The notes beneath the pieces were generated by a model. That model worked only from the letters and a program-made list of their open reading frames with translations. It made no database searches and was not told the origin of the DNA. The position numbers and the translations under genes were made by a program. Positions 37,445 to 47,017 of a DNA stretch of 64,000 bases are shown here, piece by piece. Origin of the DNA: Acidimicrobiaceae bacterium (GTDB lineage: Bacteria; Actinomycetota; Acidimicrobiia; Acidimicrobiales; Poriferisodalaceae). The stretch lies in contig PAHW01000002.1 in the NCBI GenBank assembly GCA_002705305.1, positions 26,392 through 90,391 of the forward strand. Direction: 5' to 3'. Numbering within the stretch: the first letter of the stretch is position 1; every line of letters begins with the position of its first letter.

Positions 37445-38293
37445 ATGAAAACTGTCATGCTTCTGCACCCAGGAGAAATGGGGGCCTCGATCGGTTCGGC
37501 CATCGTCGCGAATGGGTACACCGTGTTGTGGGTTCCCGAAGGTCGAAGCCAAGCAACGAGGCAACGAGCAGCAGCAGCCGGATTTGAGGAAGCCGAGTTA
37601 CTTGACGCTCTGAGTCGAGTTGACATCGTCATTTCCGTAGTGCCGCCCGGCGCCGCAATTCAAGTTGCTCAACAGGTGGCCGACGGCGGTTTCGAGGGGA
37701 CGTATGTGGATATGAACGCCATTTCTCCTCGTAGCGCCAGTCAGATAGCTACTGCATTTTCCGATTATGTCGACGGTGGCATAGTCGGACCGCCCGCCAG
37801 GGAGACCGGAACAACGCGACTCGCGTTGAGTGGCCCCAAAACTGATGAAATCAAAGCGCTCTTCGCTGGTTCGTTCATAGAAGTAGTTGATTTAGGTATC
37901 GAAATTGGCACGGCCTCCGCCTTCAAGGTTGGTTTTGCAGCCTGGACAAAAGGGTCCGGAGCGCTCTTGCTCTTGATATGTGCCTATGCGCGGTCCGCAG
38001 GGATCGAAAACGAATTGTTTGAAGAATGGGAACGACGAGGCATGACGCAGAAAGCGCAGTCCATTCGCGCAGCCGAGCAAATGGCCCCAAAGAGTTGGCG
38101 CTTTGGTGACGAAATGCGCCAAATATCGGACGCTTTGGAAGATGCGGGATTGGGTATCGGGTTCTTTTTACACGCAGGTGAAACTTTTGACAGACTCGCT
38201 CACATAAACACTGAGTCCGATCGAAAGCTCAGCTTGGAAGAAGTGACGCGAGAGCTGCTTGCGGGAAGGAGTTTGCGTGACCCATTCGATTAG
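37445..38293 (+). CDS. NAD(P)-binding 6-phosphogluconate-dehydrogenase-like oxidoreductase (DUF1932-type C-terminus)
   Basis: The start is set at ATG 37445 (MKTVMLLHPGEMGASIG, a Rossmann-like N-terminus). The C-terminal helical domain resembles beta-hydroxyacid dehydrogenase-like proteins. Confidence 0.55.
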   Translation: MKTVMLLHPGEMGASIGSAIVANGYTVLWVPEGRSQATRQRAAAAGFEEAELLDALSRVDIVISVVPPGAAIQVAQQVADGGFEGTYVDMNAISPRSASQIATAFSDYVDGGIVGPPARETGTTRLALSGPKTDEIKALFAGSFIEVVDLGIEIGTASAFKVGFAAWTKGSGALLLLICAYARSAGIENELFEEWERRGMTQKAQSIRAAEQMAPKSWRFGDEMRQISDALEDAGLGIGFFLHAGETFDRLAHINTESDRKLSLEEVTRELLAGRSLRDPFD

Positions 38294-38354
38294 GGTGACG
38301 CCTCGCGTCGCTAAGCGACAGATATTGCCACTGTGACCAGTTGAGGAGATCCCA

Positions 38355-39137
38355 ATGGCTGACGGCCTTCGTACTGAAATTCACGGCAACGTGGGAATGG
38401 TCATCATGGACCGCCCCCCACACAACTTTTTGAATTTTCGACAAATTCATGACATAGCTGATGCGCTCGGGGAAATGGAAAATGACATGTCCATCCGCTG
38501 CGCGGTGCTGGCCGCAGAAGGCCGATCATTTTGTGCCGGCGCAGACTTCGCCGGTGACGGAGTAGGTGGAGGTGACGACGAAGTCGTCGGCGGTGACGCG
38601 ACGCTCGCCCTTTACCAAGGGTCAGGACGTCTATTCGACGTAACACTTCCCATAGTTGGGGCCATACAGGGTCCAGCGGTTGGCGGAGGGTTGGGCTTAG
38701 CCATGGTGCCTGATATCAGAATCACGTGTCCCGATGCGCGTTTCTCGGCCAACTTTGCGGCGCTGGGAATCCACCAAGGATTCGGTATGAGTGTCACGCT
38801 CCCAGAACTTCTAGGTCCCTCAAGAGCAGCGCAGGTTCTCTACAGCGCAAAGAGATATAAGGGCGAAGAAGCGGTCCTTATTGGACTCGCCGATGAATGT
38901 GTTCCTTCGTCAGAAGTGAGGGACCGTGCCCTAGAAGTTGCTTCAGACATAGCGGCGAACGCCCCGCTGGCCCTCCGTGCAATCAAGTCGACGCTAAGGC
39001 TCGGTCTTGGTGACCGTGTACGAGAAATCACACAGCGCGAAGCTCAGCTCCAAGCTGAATTGTCCGCTAGTTCTGATGCCAAAGAGGGGATTGCTTCAGT
39101 ATCAGAACGACGACCAGGCAATTTCACCGGACAGTAA
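38355..39137 (+). CDS. Enoyl-CoA hydratase/isomerase (crotonase fold)
   Basis: FCAGADF and GPAVGGGLG oxyanion-hole segments. Paralogue of 10673..11473. Confidence 0.85.
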   Translation: MADGLRTEIHGNVGMVIMDRPPHNFLNFRQIHDIADALGEMENDMSIRCAVLAAEGRSFCAGADFAGDGVGGGDDEVVGGDATLALYQGSGRLFDVTLPIVGAIQGPAVGGGLGLAMVPDIRITCPDARFSANFAALGIHQGFGMSVTLPELLGPSRAAQVLYSAKRYKGEEAVLIGLADECVPSSEVRDRALEVASDIAANAPLALRAIKSTLRLGLGDRVREITQREAQLQAELSASSDAKEGIASVSERRPGNFTGQ

Positions 39138-39187
39138 GCACCGCCGAATTCGTCGCAAAGAACGAACCGCAGAGTCACGAGAACAAG

Positions 39188-40060
39188 ATGCGAATTGTGG
39201 TCACCGGCGTCAGCGGTCTTATCGGATCGGCGTTGGCTACCGAATTAGGAATTCAGGGCCACGAAGTGATAGGGGTCTCTCGTTCTCCCTCAGCCGGATC
39301 GGTCGGCTGGGAAGAAGTAACTGCGACCCTCATGAACGACGTTGACGCAGTAGTCAACTTAGCGGGAGAAACAATCGCGGGCCGATGGACCAGCCAAAAG
39401 AAAAGGCGGATAACGCGGAGCCGTTTAGAGGCCGCCGAATCAGTTAGTAACGCCATACGCGATTCGGATCGACCTCCATCTGTGCTGATCCAAGCTTCAG
39501 CGTCGGGCTACTACGGAAGTCGCGGAAACGAAGTTCTTGACGAGCGCTCAAGCCCTGGCTCTGGTTTTTTAGCTGATCTTTGCCGCGAATGGGAAGCGAC
39601 CGCGGAGACCGTTCGCACTGTCAACACAAGGCTCGTACTAGCAAGATTTTCGGTTGTCCTCGCAGCAGAAGGTGGGGCTCTCTCGCCACTCAAGACTTTA
39701 ACTAGCGTGGGTCTTGGTGGTCCCTTGGGGCGAGGTAGACAATGGTGGAGTTGGATATCGCTTCATGACACAGTGCGCTCCTTGTTTCATCTTCTCGAAA
39801 CCGATATTTCTGGACCGGTAAATGTCAGTTCCGAAACACCGGTGCAACAGCGAGATTTCTCGAAAACGTTGAGCAAGGTTTTGCGTCGCCCCTGCTTAGT
39901 GCCGACTCCTGAAATAGCGCTTAAGGCGGTGCTTGGCGAAATGGGTCAAACACTCTTGCTGGACTCCACGCGTCTCCGCCCGTCCGTGCTAACTACCAGC
40001 GGATTCAAATTCGAAGAGGGCGACCTCGAAAGCGCACTGAGACGGATCTTTAATACTTAA
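39188..40060 (+). CDS. TIGR01777-like NAD-dependent epimerase/dehydratase family protein (SDR39U1-like, DUF1731 C-terminus)
   Basis: MRIVVTGVSGLIGSAL N-terminus, with GRQWWSWISLHD in the C-terminal half. Confidence 0.7.
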   Translation: MRIVVTGVSGLIGSALATELGIQGHEVIGVSRSPSAGSVGWEEVTATLMNDVDAVVNLAGETIAGRWTSQKKRRITRSRLEAAESVSNAIRDSDRPPSVLIQASASGYYGSRGNEVLDERSSPGSGFLADLCREWEATAETVRTVNTRLVLARFSVVLAAEGGALSPLKTLTSVGLGGPLGRGRQWWSWISLHDTVRSLFHLLETDISGPVNVSSETPVQQRDFSKTLSKVLRRPCLVPTPEIALKAVLGEMGQTLLLDSTRLRPSVLTTSGFKFEEGDLESALRRIFNT

Positions 40061-40098
40061 GCTTCAACTCGTCCCCACGATTAGAAAGAGCCTCGACC

Positions 40099-41043
40099 TT
40101 GACACTTCAACCCGATACGCAGGCGTTCATTGAAATGGTTGAGGCTGCCAATGCCGACGCGCCACCCCGATCTGAGCAGTCACCTGAAGATGCGCGAAAC
40201 GGCTACCAGGCATTGGCTCATATTCTTGGACCGGGTCCAGAACCCGGCGGAGGGATAGAAGATTTTCAAATTCCAGGACCGACTGGACAGACACCAGTGC
40301 GGATCTACCGACCACAGGGAGAGGGACCTCATCCAACGCTGACCTTCTTTCACGGCGGAGGGTTTGTCGTAGGCGACTTGGAAACTCACGACAAGGAATG
40401 TCGGCTGCTTTGCGAGAAGGCCAACTGTCTCGTCTTGGCCGTTGACTACCGATTAGCCCCAGAGGCGCCCTTCCCGGCCGCGGTCGAAGACGCTTGGTCA
40501 GCGGTCCAATGGGTTGTCGATCATGGCGCCGAAATAGGCATCGATACCACCCGTGTAGCAGTAGGAGGTGATTCGGCCGGTGGCAATCTCGCCGCTGTCA
40601 TGGCCCTGATGGCTCGCGACGCTGGAATCGACCTGAGACTGCAAATGTTGGTCTACCCAGCCACCGATGCCTCCAAACAGTACGACTCATTCGTTGAAAA
40701 TAAAGACGGTCCGCTGCTGACGGTGGAAGTCATTGACTGGTTCTGGTCGCACTACGTCGGTCATCGAACTGCCGACGAAACGCGAGGTGACTGGCGGTTC
40801 TCTCCCGCATTGGCCGCTAGCCACGCCGGTGTTGCCTCCGCATATGTGGCAACGTGTTCAGCTGACCCGCTTCGCGATGAGGGAAACGCATACGCAGAAC
40901 TTCTCGCGGCGGCAAATGTGCCAGTGCATCATTCAACGTTCGAGGGTGAGCCGCACGTCCTATTTCAAATGTTTAATGTTTGCGATGGCGCAAAAACACT
41001 CATTGAAGAGTGCGCAGCAGCCCTCACGGCGGCATTCAAATGA
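40099..41043 (+). CDS. Alpha/beta hydrolase, hormone-sensitive-lipase-type esterase
   Basis: HGGGF oxyanion motif and GDSAGGNLA nucleophile elbow. TTG start. The stop overlaps the next start (ATGA). Confidence 0.8.
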   Translation: MTLQPDTQAFIEMVEAANADAPPRSEQSPEDARNGYQALAHILGPGPEPGGGIEDFQIPGPTGQTPVRIYRPQGEGPHPTLTFFHGGGFVVGDLETHDKECRLLCEKANCLVLAVDYRLAPEAPFPAAVEDAWSAVQWVVDHGAEIGIDTTRVAVGGDSAGGNLAAVMALMARDAGIDLRLQMLVYPATDASKQYDSFVENKDGPLLTVEVIDWFWSHYVGHRTADETRGDWRFSPALAASHAGVASAYVATCSADPLRDEGNAYAELLAAANVPVHHSTFEGEPHVLFQMFNVCDGAKTLIEECAAALTAAFK

Positions 41044-43250
41044 GGACCACAGTACGGCGAGACCGCTGGGGGATTGCCCATGTTGAGTCACCTAACGTAG
41101 CCCAGGCCTTCGAAGCCCAGGGTTGGATAGCGGCTTCAGACCGGATTTGGCAGATGGACGCCGATCGATTCAAAGCACTTGGGAGATGGGCCGAGGTAGT
41201 TGGACCTGGAGCCCTGAAGGAGGACGCATTTTTTCGACGGATCGGACTTGGGAGCATTGCTCAAGCCGACTGGGGTGCGCTGAACTCTGAGACCCAACAG
41301 ATGACCGAAGCCTATGCCAACGGTGTCAACCGATGGTTGGAGGAAAACCCTGAGGGACTGCCCGCTGAATACGAACACCACCCCGCAGCCCCGGAACCGT
41401 GGGAGCCGTGGCACTGTCTAGCGGTCTACAAAGTCCGACATATATTCATGGGGACCTTGCATCGGAAACTTTGGCGGGGGCACCTCTTGGCAAAGGCGGG
41501 ACCTGAAGTCGTCGCGGCGATGATGGGCGACCCAAACCAAGCATCGGCGATCGCTCCAGGGAATGGAACCCCGCTGAACTTACTCTCGGAGGTGTCTGAC
41601 CTCCTTGATTCTCAATCGGAACTGCTTAAAGCCTTAGTGGACATTGACGGTGGATCGAACTCTTGGGCCGTCGACGGAACACGAACCATTTCAGGTAAAC
41701 CACTGTTGGCAGGCGATCCTCACCGAGGTATCGAATTTCCTAACGTCTACCACCAATTTCATCTGGAATGCCCCGAATTCAACGTGATTGGGCTTGCTTT
41801 TCCCGGCGTTCCCGCTTTCCCCCATTTTGGCCACAATGATCAGGTTGCTTGGTGCATCACGCATGGCATGGCCGACGACACCGACCTCTTCGTTGAAACA
41901 GACAGCCTTGAGGCAATTGATTGGGTTCCAGAGGTAGTTCGTGTCCGCGGTGACGACGATGTCGAAGTTTTTTGTGGCTCAACAGATCGAGGGCCGGTGG
42001 TCATTGGTGATCCGGCCGACGGCATGGCCCTATCGGTTGCCTGGACGGGCATGATCGGTGGTGACACTACCTTCGAAGCCCTTCAACCAATGTTGAGTGC
42101 CTCAAGTTGTGAAGAACTCGAAAATAGCGTTCGACCATGGGTCATACCGGTTAACAATCTGCTCACCGCCGACCGCGATGGAAACATATCTTTCAAGATC
42201 AGGGGACGAGTGATCGAACGCCCACCCGCTAATCGCTGGTGTCCCGTTCCCGGCGACTCCGAACACGGTTGGTCTGGGTTGCGAACTGTTCCCTTCGATG
42301 AACTTCCGGGTGTACAAAATCCCAGCCGCGGATTTTTAGTGACAGCCAACAACAGAATCAGTGATACCCATCCCTTCATTTCGTTAGATTTTGCCGGTCC
42401 CGCTCGATATGACCGGATCGTTGAACTTCTCGAGGAAGTCCCTGAAGCCTCCGTCGAAGACATGCGACGAATTCATGGAGATGTGCTTTCACATAAGGCG
42501 CGTTCCATAGTCCCGCTCTTAATTTCCCAGACCTCTCAAGCCACCCATCGACGAAGCAAATGGCTTCGCGACGTACTCTCAACCTGGGACTTTCAAGTGA
42601 CCGAAAGCTCGGTCGAAGCTTTGTTGTACGCAGTCATGCGACGCAGATGGTCTGAAAGCGTTGGGGAAAGATTAGGAGTATCAATCGCTGAACTTGGGGC
42701 GCCAGGATGGCCATCACCCGAAGCGGCCAGCCGAATGCTCTACGAGGCAGCGACCGCGCTGCTCGATGGTGACGCATGGAAGTGCCTACCAGGACTCGAA
42801 ACAGACGAGGACCTCGATCAAGCGTTGTCGGCGTGCATCGACGAGACTTTGAATGAACTTGAACTCCGACTAGGACAAGACATCTCTCAGTGGTCGTGGG
42901 GGCAGTTACACAGAATGGCATCACCACATCCGTTAGCTTCGGCGCTCGAAGGGGCAAGAGAGCTCCACCCACCCTTGGATAGCTGTCCCGGCGACGGGGA
43001 CACGGTGAGGTGCGGTTCGGTGATGCCCGAAACTGGGGAACGAGCGGTTGCTGCATCGGTAGCGCGCTACGTTTTCGATCTAGCCGACTGGGACTCCTCA
43101 GGTTGGGTCGTGCCTCACGGGGTGTCGGGTGTACGCGGCAGCGGACACGACCTCGATCAGCGAGCGATCTGGCTCGACTGCGATCTAATACCGATGTCGT
43201 TCAGCAAAGATGCCGTATCGGCTATTACTCGCGAAGAATTTGAAATATGA
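41040..43250 (+). CDS. Penicillin acylase-family Ntn hydrolase (no signal peptide)
   Basis: RDRWGIAHV alpha-subunit N-terminus and the GGSNSWAV processing/nucleophile site. The start at ATG 41040 is coupled to the esterase stop. Confidence 0.8.
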   Translation: MRTTVRRDRWGIAHVESPNVAQAFEAQGWIAASDRIWQMDADRFKALGRWAEVVGPGALKEDAFFRRIGLGSIAQADWGALNSETQQMTEAYANGVNRWLEENPEGLPAEYEHHPAAPEPWEPWHCLAVYKVRHIFMGTLHRKLWRGHLLAKAGPEVVAAMMGDPNQASAIAPGNGTPLNLLSEVSDLLDSQSELLKALVDIDGGSNSWAVDGTRTISGKPLLAGDPHRGIEFPNVYHQFHLECPEFNVIGLAFPGVPAFPHFGHNDQVAWCITHGMADDTDLFVETDSLEAIDWVPEVVRVRGDDDVEVFCGSTDRGPVVIGDPADGMALSVAWTGMIGGDTTFEALQPMLSASSCEELENSVRPWVIPVNNLLTADRDGNISFKIRGRVIERPPANRWCPVPGDSEHGWSGLRTVPFDELPGVQNPSRGFLVTANNRISDTHPFISLDFAGPARYDRIVELLEEVPEASVEDMRRIHGDVLSHKARSIVPLLISQTSQATHRRSKWLRDVLSTWDFQVTESSVEALLYAVMRRRWSESVGERLGVSIAELGAPGWPSPEAASRMLYEAATALLDGDAWKCLPGLETDEDLDQALSACIDETLNELELRLGQDISQWSWGQLHRMASPHPLASALEGARELHPPLDSCPGDGDTVRCGSVMPETGERAVAASVARYVFDLADWDSSGWVVPHGVSGVRGSGHDLDQRAIWLDCDLIPMSFSKDAVSAITREEFEI

Positions 43251-43321
43251 CAGCGAGCGATCTAAGACCTATAGGTGTGATTCCGAATTTTCAACTCACG
43301 AGACACGAGTAGCTTCATGCC

Positions 43322-44416
43322 ATGGCGGTAACCAACCACGACAGCGAACTGGACATCGACCCGATGTTCATCTCTACTCACAACGACCTATGGCTGCGAC
43401 TTGGTAGCTGCGGAACCTGGTGGACCGGCCCCCAACGCGTAGCCGCAATGTCGGAAGTCCGCGCGGCATTCGAATGTGACCTATGTTCCGAGCGTTCTGA
43501 AGCGCTGAGCCCGTTAATGATTGAAGGAGTTCATGACTCGGTATCCGAGCTTCCTCCAGAAGCGGTGGATTTGGTTCATAGATTGACGACCGATCCGGGT
43601 CGCCTAACCCAACCGTGGGCGAACACAATCATCGACGTTTTAGGCGAAGAACGCTATGTGGAAATCGTCACAGTCGTTTGTGTCCAATATGTCATAGAGA
43701 GCTTCGCCCGAAATCTTGGACTACCACTCCCAGACCTGCCTGAGGCGGGCGACGGAATTCCCAATCACGTGCGACCAACCGATGTCGGAGACGTCGGCGC
43801 ATGGGTCAGTCAAACGGTTGACAAAAAATTGGCAAATGTCTCCAGAGCCGCATCTCTAGTTCCCGACACAGAAGTGTTATGGCGGGACCTGGTGCAATGT
43901 CACTACAGCCGCGGACCACAATTTGCCGAACTGGTCTGGGACCGAGCACTCGCTAGACCCCAAGTCGAATTGTTGGCATCCACCGTTTCTGCACTTAATG
44001 AGTGCTTCTACTGAACTGCGGCCCATGTATCGCTGCTCCGTGCGAGCAGCGAAGCCAGCGACACCGAGGTCGCAATTGAGCAACTGGAAGATGGAGCTCA
44101 GGTCGAACACGGCTCCGCCCTCGTGCGCTACGCGGAATCAGCAGTTCAACGAGACAGTGATCTAACTGAATCTCGTACCCGCCTGTTGCGACTTATCGGG
44201 CCACAAGCGCTCGTCGAAGCTTCGGCGACAGTTTCGGCTTTCGAGGGGCTTAACCGCATTGCCGACGCAACAGGCATCCAGCTCGATGCCGGATTAGCGG
44301 ACGAATCTGCTGATTTCAGAAACGATCTAGGGATTAACTCTTACGCGGGTGCGGTGAACACCAAATCAAACGGATCTCCCGATCGAGCCGACAGCGTCCT
44401 TGGAATTTTTCGCTGA
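43322..44416 (+). CDS. AhpD / carboxymuconolactone-decarboxylase (CMD)-like protein, candidate selenoprotein (CxxU; TGA 44012..44014 read as Sec)
   Basis: ORFs 43322..44014 and 44123..44416 are in the same frame, with no other stop between them. Read-through gives ...LLASTVSALNECFY-TGA-TAAHVSLLRASS..., the AhpD CxxCxxxH motif with TGA at the second Cys. Confidence 0.7.
44030..44052 (+). promoter_or_regulatory. Candidate bacterial SECIS hairpin for the AhpD-like gene
   Basis: UCGCUGCUC-CGUGC-GAGCAGCGA: a perfect 9-bp stem with a 5-nt loop containing GU. The loop starts 24 nt after the UGA. Confidence 0.6.
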
Positions 44417-44451
44417 AGGTCACATAAAGACCCTCGGGTTGGCGCGGCCCG

Positions 44452-45600
44452 CTATTCAGTAGAGATTTGAGGTTCCCTCGGCAGTCCCAAAAGACGCTCG
44501 CCAATAATGTTTCGTTGGATTTCACTGGAGCCACCGGCAATACGCATGCCCGGGGAGTAGAGCAAAGATTCAATTGATGGACTCGCAAGCAACGACTGAG
44601 CTCCCTGTAGGGCCGCATTCAATTGCGCCTCGTCGTAACCCAACTCACTGTTCATCAACTTGGCTACTGGAGCTACCCGCGGATCGCCGCCCCTTCGCTC
44701 CATAAGCGACTGGAGGGCTCTCCCACGATTCAAAATTCCGACAAGCCCGTCAATCTGAAGTGAGTCAATTTCACCGAGTCCCTGAATCATCTCTTGCAGT
44801 CGGCGACGAAGGCTAATGACACCTGCCGCGCCCGCACCGCCTCGTTCATCTTCCAGGACGGACATCGCGACCGCCCAACCGCCGTTCAAGTCACCTAAGA
44901 CAGCATCGGAAGGAACCTCCACATCGGTGAAAAACACCTCACAGAATTCACTTTCTCCGGTCATTTGCTTTATTGGGCGTACCTCAACTCCATCAAGGGT
45001 CATATCAAGCAAAAAGAACGTAATGCCCTTATGTTTTGGCTGTTCGAAATCAGTTCTTGCCATGAGGATGCCGAACTGAGCCAATTGGGCATTCGAAGAC
45101 CAAACTTTTTGTCCATTGAGAACAAAGTGATCTCCGTCGAGGACGGCTGAACTTTGCAGTCCCGCCAAATCAGACCCTGCGCCAGGCTCACTGAACAATT
45201 GGCACCAAAGAATGTCGTTACGTAACGTCGGGCGAAGAAAGCGTTCCCGCTGAGCTTCAGTCCCGGACCGCAAAATTGCCTCTCCAGCTAGCACCAAACC
45301 CTGCAAGTTCAAGTACGGCGCGACTTCAGCGACCGCGCATTCCTCGTGCCAAACGACGTTATTTTCAGCGGTCAAACCCATGCCGCCGTGCTCCTGTGGC
45401 CAGTGCACTCCAGCCCACCCGTGGTCGAAACAAAATCGCTGCCAGTGCATGGCTTCCTGATGGAGCCCCGGAGGCAAAATCGCACCGTACGCCGGACATG
45501 CATCGCCCGAAGCAACAGCGTTAGCTATGAAAAGCGCTGCCTTTTCACGAAAGGTCTCTAGTGGTTGACTATCGGACACCCTTGAGACCGTAGCGCCCAC
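44452..45600 (-). CDS. Acyl-CoA dehydrogenase
   Basis: 382 aa, GTG start, with CQLFSEPGAGSDLA and C-terminal GGSSEIQRNIIGERLLGLPREP. Confidence 0.85.
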   Translation of the reverse strand: MGATVSRVSDSQPLETFREKAALFIANAVASGDACPAYGAILPPGLHQEAMHWQRFCFDHGWAGVHWPQEHGGMGLTAENNVVWHEECAVAEVAPYLNLQGLVLAGEAILRSGTEAQRERFLRPTLRNDILWCQLFSEPGAGSDLAGLQSSAVLDGDHFVLNGQKVWSSNAQLAQFGILMARTDFEQPKHKGITFFLLDMTLDGVEVRPIKQMTGESEFCEVFFTDVEVPSDAVLGDLNGGWAVAMSVLEDERGGAGAAGVISLRRRLQEMIQGLGEIDSLQIDGLVGILNRGRALQSLMERRGGDPRVAPVAKLMNSELGYDEAQLNAALQGAQSLLASPSIESLLYSPGMRIAGGSSEIQRNIIGERLLGLPREPQISTE

Positions 45601-45641
45601 TCATACTGGCCGCATGCGCACTTGTTACCTAGCATTCCCAT

Positions 45642-47006
45642 ATGAGCGATCTCAACCACACCGACACTCAACGCACAAACGAAACCGTGGAGTTACTGCA
45701 GCAACTCATTCGAAACAAGTGCGTCAACACCGGGCAGAGTGACTCAGGTGACGAAATACGCAACAGCGATCTGCTACAAACCTTCCTTGAGGGACCTGGT
45801 GTCGAAGTGGAACGTTTCGACTGTCTTCCGGGCCGCCGATCGATGGTGGCGCGAATAGAGGGAACTGATCCGAACGCCCCATCTCTATGCCTCATGGGCC
45901 ACACCGACGTCGTTCCCGTCAGCCCCGACGGATGGAGTCGAGACCCTTTCGGTGGCGAGTTAGTAGATGGCGAGGTTTGGGGACGCGGGGCAGTCGACAT
46001 GCTCAACTTGACATCGTCGATGGCTGTGGCATTCCGTCACTTAGCGCGAAACGGGTTCCGACCACAGGGAGACTTGGTCTATTTCGGTGTGGCTGATGAA
46101 GAAGCTGGAGGAACCTACGGAGCAAAATGGATGGCCGAAAACCACTGGGACGCGATATCGGCTGACTATGTGTTGACCGAATTTGGTGGACTACCCATGG
46201 ATACCCCCGAAGGAAAAAAAATCACGCTAGCAGCGGGTGAAAAGGGCTTGGGTTGGCGCAGACTGACAGTCAAAGGAACGCCGGGACACGGCTCAATGCC
46301 ATTCGGATCAGACAACGCTGTTCTCAAAGCCGCTGAAATAATTAGACGATTGGGCGAATATCGGCCGGACCCAAAACTTACGGAGATGTGGCAGCATCAA
46401 GTCTCCACGCTTAACGTCGAATCTGACGTCAAGGCCGCTCTTTTAGACCCTGCTTCAGTATGGGACACCATTTCGCAAATGGGCGACCAGGGCTTGGCTC
46501 GACACCTGCATGCATGCAGCCACACGACGTTTTCGCCGAACGTAGTGCACGGTGGTGTCAAGACGAACGTCATTCCCGACTCGGTCGAAATAGACGTCGA
46601 CATTCGAACAGCGCCGGGGGACAGCGACCGAGTCGATCAACACCTTCGCGATGCTCTTGGGGAAATGTTCGACGAAGTTGAGATACATCCCATTCACGAC
46701 GATCCCGCAACCTTTTCGTCGATCGACACGCCCATGTGGCATTTGCTTCAAGATCTGATGCAAAAAGCACATCCCGGAGCGCCGCTGATTCCATCGCTCA
46801 TCGTCGGAGCTACAGATGCCCGTTTCTACCGAGAAAATGGTTCAGTTGCATATGGTGCCGGGCTATTCAGCGACCGAGTCAACTCATCAGAATTTATGAC
46901 TCGTTTCCACGGACACAACGAACGCGTTGATACTGACTCGCTCGCCCTCACGACACAACTCTGGCTGGACGTAGCCTCAAACTTCTGGGACCGAGTGAAC
47001 AGCTAA
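45642..47006 (+). CDS. M20-family metallopeptidase / deacylase (ArgE/DapE/CPG2-like)
   Basis: 454 aa with LMGHTDVVP, GRGAVDM and ADEEAGG metal-site motifs. Confidence 0.8.
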   Translation: MSDLNHTDTQRTNETVELLQQLIRNKCVNTGQSDSGDEIRNSDLLQTFLEGPGVEVERFDCLPGRRSMVARIEGTDPNAPSLCLMGHTDVVPVSPDGWSRDPFGGELVDGEVWGRGAVDMLNLTSSMAVAFRHLARNGFRPQGDLVYFGVADEEAGGTYGAKWMAENHWDAISADYVLTEFGGLPMDTPEGKKITLAAGEKGLGWRRLTVKGTPGHGSMPFGSDNAVLKAAEIIRRLGEYRPDPKLTEMWQHQVSTLNVESDVKAALLDPASVWDTISQMGDQGLARHLHACSHTTFSPNVVHGGVKTNVIPDSVEIDVDIRTAPGDSDRVDQHLRDALGEMFDEVEIHPIHDDPATFSSIDTPMWHLLQDLMQKAHPGAPLIPSLIVGATDARFYRENGSVAYGAGLFSDRVNSSEFMTRFHGHNERVDTDSLALTTQLWLDVASNFWDRVNS

Positions 47007-47017
47007 TCGGAACTGGT

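Noticed and set aside
43322-44416. Interpretation as a nonsense or frameshift pseudogene, or as two separate genes (43322..44014 and 44123..44416)
   Set aside because: There is no frameshift and both parts are in the same frame. The single TGA falls exactly on the second Cys of CxxCxxxH, the 108 nt between the two ORFs are stop-free and read as a sensible continuation, and a perfect hairpin follows the TGA. The alternative-frame ORF 43923..44165 looks non-coding.
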